A stretch of DNA of 60,100 nt from Geosiphon pyriformis uo1. Lineage: Eukaryota > Fungi > Glomeromycota. A model generated the notes under the pieces. It was not told where the DNA came from, made no database searches, and saw only the letters and a list, made by a program, of their open reading frames with translations. The translations under genes and the position numbers were made by a program. The stretch covers positions 41,714 to 101,813 of the forward strand of contig JAAOMT010000195.1 of the NCBI GenBank assembly GCA_016748015.1. The letters run 5' to 3'. This document shows positions 50,126-60,100 of this stretch, in pieces; the first letter of the stretch is position 1; every line of letters starts with the position of its first letter.

Positions 50126-53100
50126 GTGGCAGAACCAAAAAGAATAGGGACAAACCATTTAGGATTTGCCAAATTCTTATTTCAATACTACTGTCAACAT
50201 TTGAGATTAACCAACAATCACCTATTAGCAGAATTAGTCTTTAATTTTTATATTAACAAGAGAATCTCATATTTGCTAGAAGTACCAGTAAAAACCAATT
50301 CAGCCAGAGAAAATTTCTACAACAAATTAATCCAAAATACCAGCCTATTAGCGAATTATAATTTCACAGCAATCTTTACTGAAATCAATAAAAAAATTGA
50401 AATCCACACTCAACAAAGATATTCAATTACCTATGCAAACAAAGGCAAAGAAAAACTACAAATACTAGCAGTAATACCTCAAAAAATACAACCATTTACT
50501 TAAAAAAAAACAAAACTTGAATCACCAACAAATTCATCATATTACTATATACTTGAAAGTGCTATCAATATCTTATCAACAGGCATGTTCACATCAAACA
50601 TGAAAATCCCAGTGGCATGAATACCTTTTCAAAGTAAACAATCAAAACTAATTTATTAGGAACTTATGGCAAATATTTCGAGGGATTTAAGTTGCAATTA
50701 CCAATGTCATCAGGATTTTGATTACTGCCATCTCCACCAGATTTCAGAATCATGAGTTCTTGGAAAGTAATGGAATTAGAAGAAAAGGAAGATAACAATT
50801 AGAAATTCAATTACCAAAACCCAATTATTGAAAACCCTGAAATTGAAACCATGAACATTTAAACTCAGCAAAACCCAATTTTAGAAAATCCAAAATTAAA
50901 ACTTTGAATCTTCAAACTCCACAAAATTAGAATAATCTAAACCTCAACATTAATAATCAACAAAACTTACCTCCAGTAACTGTTATCAATTCACCACTAG
51001 TTGCTGCATAACAACAGCCATTGCCACAACCTCAAATTCAGTTACCACCACAACAACAACAACAACAGCAATCAAACTTAGATCCAATGGTCTACACCCC
51101 AATAGCAAAACTTGAAAAGTTTATGGGCAAAGAAGATAATGCCTAGGTGTGACTAAATGATATTAAAAAAGTCATTACAGCCAATGGATAAAATGATACC
51201 AGAGCTATGCAAGCCATTCCATATTTCTTCCAGAATACCGCCAACTTGTGATATCAAAGTCTGGATAACAAATCCCAGAATTTCAATGCATTTAAGCTTG
51301 TGTTTTTACAATATTTCAGCAATAATAACAGCATCAACTGCTTAGCCAACATCTTTACTACCATTAAGCAAGAAGAAACTAAAGCAGTTACTACTTATTT
51401 GGGATGCTTCCACAGGAATCTACACCAAATTCAAGCAATACAGGTTGATTATTTCACAGTGCCACAAATACTAAACCAATTCATTAGAGGCCTGTACAGT
51501 AGTATCTTCCAATATATATGTCCCTTGCATTCAGTAGATCTTTAAGCCACCATTATAAATGCCAGAGATTTTGAAGCAGCTAAATTTGAAGCCAATTATG
51601 TCCAAGCCATAAATCTAGTAATAAACAAATCATCTAAATTGAATTCCAAATTGAAACAAATCATCTAAATTGAATTCCAAATTGAAACAATTCAATGATT
51701 CAATTAATTAGAAACTAGAGAGATACTTAGCTGACAATCGAGCAATTTATCAGTCTCCACAATGATGCGATAATGCAAGAAATGTGAATTGTTTCCGAAA
51801 TCAGTCACATCTTTCATCATCATTATCCAATTAGCCATGACAGCAAGAGATGTGTAGTTGCTACAATTGTGGTAAACAAAGTCACATCAGAGCTAGCTGC
51901 CAAGTTTATAGCAATAATTCACAATCGGGGAATCAAAATTGAAACTCTGATTGCAGATTTCAAACTCTAAACCACTACTCAAATTAAGATTACTATCAAC
52001 CACACTACACTCAAATAGCACAACAATCAATCTACCAAATTCCAGTTTATTAAATCTCAGCACCAGTTATCTACCAGCCACAGCTGCAAGTGATATATTA
52101 GCCACAACAAATTCAAACCCCATCATACAATCTAACCCAAACATCATCCAAAAACCAAAGACCAAGAATCATTCAGCAAAACTGAAGATTAGTAATGGTT
52201 GTACATTAATTGATTTCCAGTTTATCTAACCATGTCATAAGATCATGTCCCAAGAATTTGGAAAACAGATACAACCAAAATCAGAGTTCCCAGAACTATC
52301 TGAGTTTCCTGGTTATTCCAGAAGATGTTTCAACCAACAACAACCTGAAAATCTTCCTGAAACAAACAATCAATAACAACATACCTTCAGTTACTGTTAC
52401 AAATGATGAATTGTTAGCAGCCATTTTTCTCTTTGAAATTGAAGGACCAACTGAAATCCCTTTTTTTAGTAGAGCTGCCTTTGATACAAAACCCATCACT
52501 GCCATGTACACTGATGTCAAGATTGATGGGCAGACCATTAAGCTGATCTTAAACAGTAGTTTAGCAGGCAGCATTATCACATAACAACTCATGGACCAAT
52601 TAGGTTGCTGAGTTGATCACACTATTAGCACCAGAATTATCACTGCTAATAGAGCCACCAAAACTCCAATTGGTAAAATTGACAATTTTCTTATCAAAAT
52701 CAATGATATCATTGTACCAATCAAGGTTTTAGTCATGGAAGCCACTCAATATTAAGCTCTTATTGGTAATGACTGGCTGTTTAAAACCAATGTCATGCTT
52801 AACTGGAACATTCAAAAGCTATAGCTCAGCTAAAATGGGCAATATACTAAAGTACCAGTCACTTGTAGACACTTCAAGACTACTACAACTGCACCACTAA
52901 TTGAATTTGAAAAAGAAAAAAAGAAACCTATCTGGAAAGCCTATCAAGTTTTATGGGCTGATACTGACCACAATAAATTACTGCCAATACTGTCTTGAGA
53001 CAACAAAAGAAAAAGAAAAGAAAAAGATGAGCCACAAAAAGATACCACCAACAAAATTACCAATAATTGAAAAAGTTTTTATTCAACTGACACCAGACCA

Positions 53101-56028
53101 GAGCCACTCTATATTTTACTTAAGTACAAAGACTGCAAGAAAAAGTTGTCCTCCATGGGAGCTTGGGTTGTGCCCAACAAAGACTACTAGATGCAAACTT
53201 ATTACTATTGCAAACCATATCACTGTGAACATTATGGCTACCCAAAACGCTAAGGCAAGTGGGACAATAAACTATATCTCACTTGTGGTAAACAACTGCT
53301 TAATAAAAAAATGTGGAATGACATTCCTGGTCAAAAAGAAACCTGTAATACATTGTGTTAATACACAATTCTTATTAATGACTAGATAAGTCAAGAAACC
53401 CCAATAACTACAGTTTAGTATTGAGCAATCTCTCACCTAAATGATTACTCACACAACAAAGACAAGATTTGGAGAATAGCTAATGCTAAGATAAAAGGCA
53501 CTTTGCCTAGTAAGATCTTAGAAATAAAGAACAATCTACCTAAACCAGTTAAAGTTGTTCTTATTTCCAATCTCGACATTTTTTTAGATATTGAGACAGA
53601 TCCAGAGGAATTTCATGAACACTACCAAAATTTAGCACCCACTTAAAAGAAACAAGAACAGCATTTGGAAGAAATAAACACCCAATTATGTGATCACTGT
53701 TTGATCGCATGTGACTTTCAGTATTGTAATGAGTGTGATTTCATCTACAATCTACTATTATGCAGGATCTATACAATTTTGGAATAGGAAGAACCAATTA
53801 GCAGCTGCACATCAGAATCAGATTCAACTTTCAATCCTAATTCAAACTCTGAGAATGATAACAACAATGATTTCAGCTCTATTCAAAATGGCAACAATGA
53901 TAACAATGACAATTTAAACTCAGATACAGACTCTAAACAGTACATCACACTTTTTGATCTCTTCAAAGAGCAGAAACTCAGATGGTTCAGTTACAACAAT
54001 GAAAGTATTATGCCAGAACACACACATGATACCAATATAAGATTTGATCTAAGATATCTAAAAAAAGATGTTATCAAATTGGAACCACATTCATGCATCT
54101 GCATTGATCTTAAAGTAGCACTAGAAATCTCTGCAAAACCAATGGTTTAATTAACATCTAAAAGTAGCTTAGTGAAAAAAGGAATCAACATTAGAGAAGG
54201 AATAATTGACACTGAATATGTAAAAAATATTATTGCTATGCTACAAAATGACTCAGAAAAGGCCTATATTATAGAGCCAAATGAAAAAATAGCACAGGCA
54301 ATATTCCTGTTTCTTGTTAAAGTAGCTCAATTAGTATTAATAGAAAACAGAAAAGAATTAGGAATTACAGCTAAAAGGATACAGGAATTCGAATCAATGG
54401 GTAGAATAGATGTACCAGTTAATATAGCAGAAGAAAAAGTTATTGACAAGAGAGAAATTATATCCACTTGTCAATCAATTTCCATTCCACTATATGACCA
54501 GTACATGTTAATCATAAAAAGAAAAGTGAAGGATCAGGCACAAATTTTTGAAGTAGAACCAACCATTTGCAAATCAGGAGAAATTGGACTTACCAATTTC
54601 TATATACCAGCCAAAAACAAGAACCATATCAAAATTCCTATTTACAACACAATAGGAGATGTTATAAAAATACCAAAAGAAACCACCATCAGATATTTAA
54701 GCACTGAAGTTAAAGAACAGTCACCAAACCCCATTTCAAATTTTCTACAGCTTTGTAAATATGTGGATAGCATGTCACAAACAATTTACAAATAGAATGA
54801 ATGTTATCTGCTCCAACCAGAACAATTGAAACAAATGAACATAAGAAACTTAGACTCACTTTAACATATACAGCTCAAGATGTTACTCAACTACTTTAAT
54901 GACATCTTTGTCAGCAAAAATGAATTTGGCCATACTGACATTATCCAGCATCAGATCAAGACTAGAAATGTGATGCTAATAAAACAATGAGCATACAGAG
55001 TACTACCAACCAGCCATAAAATCATTCATCAAGAAATCAATTGGATGCTTGACAATAGGCTAATTTAGCCATAAAACTAGAAGATAAAAAAAAACAGCTT
55101 TTACAATATGAGAAGAGAATTTTGAATTTAAAGTAATACCATTTGGTTTGATAAATGCACCAGCCACCTTTTAATAATTAATAAAAATCATTTACATCAG
55201 ACTAATATGGAAATCAGTAGTTGTTTACTTAGATGACATAAATGTGTTCTCTAAGACATTCAACAAGCATTTATATTATTTTCAACAAGTGTTTGAAAGA
55301 CTAAAAAAAGCTGGATTAAAATTAAATACAACTAAGTGTTTCTTTGGAAAAACTAAACTCAAGTTTTTGGGACATATTGTGAGCAAAGATGATATCAAAA
55401 CGATTCAGACAAGATTAAGGTAGTCAAGAACTTTTTAGTACTAACCAACTTAACAGAACTAAAAGCATTTTTGGAATTTGCTGGATACTATTACTGCTTT
55501 ATCAAAGACTTTTCTAAACTGGCCCAGCCATTACACCAGCTCCAATCAAAAAACATCAAGTATGAATAGACAGAAAACCAGTAAGAAGCTTTCAACATAT
55601 TAAGAAAAAAGCTTATTTAAGTTCCAATGTTGATGTATCCAGATTATAGCAAACTATTCATTATTATCACTAATGCATCAAGCCAAGCATTGGGAGCAGT
55701 ACTATCACAAAGAGGACCAGATGGAAGAGAATATCCAGTAGTATATGCTAGCCAAAGTTTGAGTCCAGCTAAAAAGAACTATGGAACACCAGTATTAGAA
55801 TACTTAGCAATCTATTGAACAGTCATGAAATAAAAAAAATACTTAAGCCAAAAGTTTGACATATACATTGATCATAAAGAATTAACTTCAATCCAGAAAC
55901 AAGAATTTGGAAATGATCATCATGCTCAATAGAAAATAGAACTTTCATTATTTAAATATACTATACATTACAAAAAATGAAAAAAAAATGAAAATGCCAA
56001 CAGTTTATCACAAATGAGACAAATTTAA
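50126..56028 (+). pseudogene. Element E gag-pro-(Cys-rich)-dUTPase-RT-RNase H, disrupted; deletion in RT N-terminus near 55072
   Basis: CYNCGKQSHIRASC; ILNSSL; GIIDTEY, KIAQAI (54172-54795); YLDD; ends SQMRQI-TAA. Confidence 0.87.
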
Positions 56029-56058
56029 GAACACTTTAATCCAAAAATATAACAAAAA

Positions 56059-57733
56059 ATAAATACACAAAAATATCAACAACTTCAACATTTTATAAAT
56101 ACTCAATAGTTTAAGAAGAAATTATCTCAAAAGAAACAAAACCATATTAAACAACAGTCCAAATATTTTATTACTCACCAAAATATACTTTATCAGAAAA
56201 ACAGAAAGAATTCAGATCAACTAACCAAAGTAATCACAAAACCAGAGAATAAAACAATATTATTTAACATGCATTTCAATCCAACAGCAGGACATTTTCA
56301 CAAAGAAGCAATCATGAAAAGAACCAGAAATAGATACTATTGATTATTCATGTACTCAAACATTATCCAATAGGTGCAAAATTGTGATGCTTGTCAGAAA
56401 AGAGAAGGAACAAGACTCAGCAAACCATTAAGACTAATCAAAGTAGAACAACTATTTGAGCATATTGGAATTGACTTAGTCAGACCATTAACAATAACTA
56501 GCAGAGAGAACAGATACATTGCAATAACCATAGATTATTTCACTAAATAGCCAGAAGCAAAAGCAATTCAAAAAACAGATGCAAAATCCATTGCCAAATT
56601 CGTTCATCAAGATCTGATTTGTTGATATGGATGTCCAAAAAAATTATTATCTGACCAAGGAACTCACTTTGTGAATAGAACATTAACAGAACTGAATCAA
56701 AGATTCGGAATAAAGAGACTATTATTATTACCATATCACTTACAAACCAATGAATTAATTAAAAAATTCAATAGAACATTGTGTAAAGCAATAGCCAAGA
56801 TTAGCCAAGAAAACCAGAATGAATAAGATTTATTTATACCATCAGTATTATTTGCTTATTGGACAATGAAGCAAGATATTACACAAGCAACACCATTTGA
56901 ATTAGTATATAGTAGAACAGCAATATTACTAGTTGAGATAAAGGTCAATACATATTCAACAGAACCAATAACAGAAAACAATTTCCAAAAAACATTGCTG
57001 AGAAGAACATATGACTTAATAGAAATGCTAAAAAACAAATGGCAAAAAGCAGCTGATAACATCCAAAAATTACAAAAAAAACAAAAAGAAAGACACAATA
57101 ACTAACTACCAAATAAACTTGTTAAATTCAGAATTGGAGACAAAGTACTATTATATTGTACCAAAGTAGAAAAACAGTAGAATAGAAAGTTTGATCCAAA
57201 ATGAAACAGACTATTTCACATACACAAAATTTTAGGAAATAGATCTTACAAGTTATGATTAAAAAAACAGAATTCTAAAAAAGACAGCACATAGAAATTG
57301 TTTAGAAATTTATCAAACAACACAAGAATTGACATCAGTAGACACCAGACAATATCCAAGAATGGAAAGAAAAACTCCCTTCAACATATTGGTTTTACAA
57401 AATCAGGGAACAATTAGACTTAAAAAACTCATATAGAGACTACAACCAGAAAACTTTCAACAAAGAAGCAATGCAACAAGTAGAAAAATTTGTAAGAAGG
57501 AGCAACTTAACACTATACTACAAGGCAGCATGTTGATTATACATTGCTTTCCAATATTGTTCAAACATACTATTGAATAGATCTTTGAAAAAGATAACAG
57601 TCAACAACATAGAACAAATGACTAATCAATAGTTTGAAGATTTACAAAAAGCCATAGTCAACATAATTATCAAACATTATATGAACAAAGTTCTATTAAC
57701 AGACATAACCAACTTTGCAGGAGCTTAATATTA
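56059..57733 (+). pseudogene. Element E integrase plus 3' half of ORF3 (junction region deleted near 57340)
   Basis: HFNPTAGHF, CDACQ, LSDQGTHF; then YWFYKIREQL...KITVNNIEQMTNQ*FEDLQ...NFAGA. Confidence 0.8.
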
Positions 57734-58605
57734 AAAAAGGAAGAGATAATGTTACTTAAAGAAAAAAAGTCTATCAAAGAAAAAAGAAAAAACATGACCT
57801 GAAAAAAAACGTGATAAAATGTGAAAGGACACAGAATAGCATGTAATAATATAGGATAATGTATTATAATGTAGAATAATATGTTATAATGCAGAATAAC
57901 ATAAAATAATTAATTACAACTTAAAAAAATGAAGTAATAGCTAGCAAAAACAAACAATCCAAAGCAATTCTGTAAAACTAAAAAATACATATATATAGTA
58001 ATAGCATTAGAAGCAGAAAAAAAAATCTTTAGACAGAAATTCATTAGTTACCATTCTGCAATTAGAAACCATATCATTTTAAAATATTAATAAATATACT
58101 TATTGAGTATCTCAAATCTAGTTGTTTGCTATCAACTCTAAATGTTGATAGTAATTGATACTTAAAACACATGAAAACAATAGTCTTTGATCATGGCTAT
58201 TGACAAGATATTAACTTATATTGCCTTGACTTATTGTCTTTATTTTTCTTTATCTCTTTTATTTTTGCTTTATTTTGTTGTGTATACTAATTGATTGAGG
58301 ATTAAGTGTTAAGTATTGATGTTAAGGATTGTCTGGTAAAAGACCCCTACAAGTGGGTAGAATGCATAAGAATTATGAATTGCTTACCAAAAGATTGCTG
58401 GCTATTATACTGAGAAAAAAATTGACAGAATTGTGATTCTGGGAAGCTATGAATAAAATAACATGGGAATTTCTGTTTGTTATACAAAGAATTCTAATCA
58501 AAACCTTCAGATTGAAACACCTTCAGACATTACTAACATCATTAATTGAACACCAAGTTATGAGTTTGTTATTTGCTTTAAGATCCCAAATAATTATCTG
58601 TAACA

Positions 58606-59413
58606 ACAGTCTTCTGCCATATTCCAATCAACTGAATTTTAATTAACTTAATTTTACCAAATTCAGAAACTGTAGTAACAATCATTTTTTTTTGTGTATC
58701 CATGGGAATTTCTTTAATTACTACAGCCTGATCTGAATAAATGCCTTGTTTTTTAAGATTAGTGTTTATGACAATTTCTTTTTCTCTGGTTAATGATGTG
58801 GTTTTTTTTAAACTGCTTTTTGATGTGAAGATAAATTTAATAATCTCTTCAAATTTTGAGGAGATAGTGGCCTCTCTAAAACTATTGACTGATGAAAAAT
58901 TTTTTCTAACAAACTGAGTCTTTGCCATTGCTGATTTCTTTTCCACAGCTGAAAGATTAATGTTTAAAGCAAAAAATTTTCTAATGAACACCTCAATCAG
59001 AGTTTTTACTACTTTGGAATTAACCCATTTTTTGTCGAAAGAGATATTGAAAGGAGGGAAGAGATAAACCAAATTCTCATCCATTCCAAAGTCAATAGTA
59101 CCAATAGGTAAACCACTGATCAAATTACTACTAACTCTTTTAGCTTTGGGAGTTGTTGCAGCTAAACTGAAAAAAAAACCACCACCTGAACTCATTGTAG
59201 CACTACCAAGCTTATTATTACTAAATTAACTGTCCATATCCGAATATATGCCATTATTGTCACAAAATTTGGTCAAAGAAATTTTTTTTTATTACCAAAG
59301 TATTTAATATTGTCAACAAAAACCTTTTTTTTTAAGAGAAAGTACCACCAACAGGCACTTTTAGGAGCCTTTTTCTTAGACATACTGCTACTTAAAACAG
59401 CTTTTAGGTTCAT
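58606..59413 (-). pseudogene. LINE-b ORF1 N-terminal half
   Basis: MNLKAVLSSSMSKKKAP start; ORF 58578..59195 homologous to LINE-a 8579-9190 up to IGIWQKTV, where element E interrupts. Confidence 0.85.
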
Positions 59414-60100
59414 CACAAAAGGATTATTAGCTTAAGAAATGTTGAAAATAATAAAACAAATGAGATAAAAAACAAAAAACTTCTATTTCAAAAAACTGCT
59501 CTTTGAAAAATTTGGACGAAAAAGAAAAAGAAGTTTTTTGTAATATTAAAAATATAAAAATATTGTTAAGTAAATTAATATTAATAAATAATATAATAAT
59601 AATTAAAATTTAATTATTATAAATATAAAAACTAAATTAAATTTTAAATTATAAATAAATTTAATAGAATTAAAATTTTTGTTTTAATTTGAATTTTAGT
59701 TATTTAAAATTTGATATTATAATTATTATAAACAATAATTTTATTAAATATATATATAAGATTTTAAAAATAAATTGGCTTGAAGATTAGTTATTTGTTT
59801 TTTGCCAATATAGTTAGAAATATTTTAATTAATATAATTACATAGTATTGCTTTGATTGGCCAAATGGCTGATTACATGTAACAAACACATAAATTATAT
59901 TAAATTTAGAATTTTAGATAGTTGTATTGTATTAGATAGTAATTGGGTTTCACTTATAAATAAAAAATAAATAAATAAATTAATAACTATTATTGTTTAA
60001 ACTGCTATTTAAATATAAATTTTTTGTTACTATTTTAAAATTAGATATTAAATTTTTTTAAATATATAATTGGCTTAAATAAATAAAATTAATTTATAAC

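Larger units (their letters stand above)
49167..58605 (+). mobile_element. Element E: dUTPase-bearing Ty3/Gypsy related to A/C
   Basis: LTRs 49167-50062 and 57750-58605; TSD atag/acag; PBS 50065; PPT aaaaaaggaagagataa before 57750. Confidence 0.92.
10160..59540 (-). mobile_element. LINE-b: second copy of the same LINE family, split into 10160-13963, 47468-49166 and 58606-59540 by LTR elements A and E
   Basis: Removing A and E (plus one TSD copy each) restores colinearity with LINE-a: ttg-acgt-tatgtgat vs LINE-a ttgactttatgtgat (~6930), and WQKTVIKFA vs WQKAVVEFA. Confidence 0.9.

Noticed and set aside
59830-59890. gattggcc...tgtaaca resembling an LTR end
   Set aside because: Too short, with no partner in the window.

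Overview
Eukaryotic, AT-rich and almost entirely transposon-derived window. Intron style, TE families and the host gene family suggest an early-diverging fungus, probably Glomeromycotina (inference). Left to right: (1) a spliced minus-strand host gene (coiled coil plus Crinkler-type P-loop NTPase) running off the left edge; (2) a degenerate full-length LINE (LINE-a, ~2750-9556, minus); (3) a second LINE (LINE-b, 10160-59540, minus) split in three by nested Ty3/Gypsy elements. Element A (13964-47467, +) carries B (14194-21937, +) in its 5' LTR and C (31544-47302, -) in its 3' LTR. C carries the young, pol-less element D (40592-46220, +) in gag. E (49167-58605, +) sits in LINE-b ORF1. All five junctions resolve to TGTTA...TAACA termini with 4-bp TSDs. 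The most interesting biology is the Gypsy architecture. A, C and E have a long Gag apparently starting at a conserved GTG. In A/C/D/E the protease is followed by a multi-CxxC domain, a dUTPase and a second degenerate dUTPase-like repeat. In A/B/C/E, RT-RNase H ends at a conserved stop, integrase is a separate ORF, and an unknown ORF3 sits in the env position (D keeps only its tail). Older copies are riddled with C>T/G>A transitions in CpG and non-CpG contexts. All analysis was by eye, with no searches run; domain boundaries are approximate.
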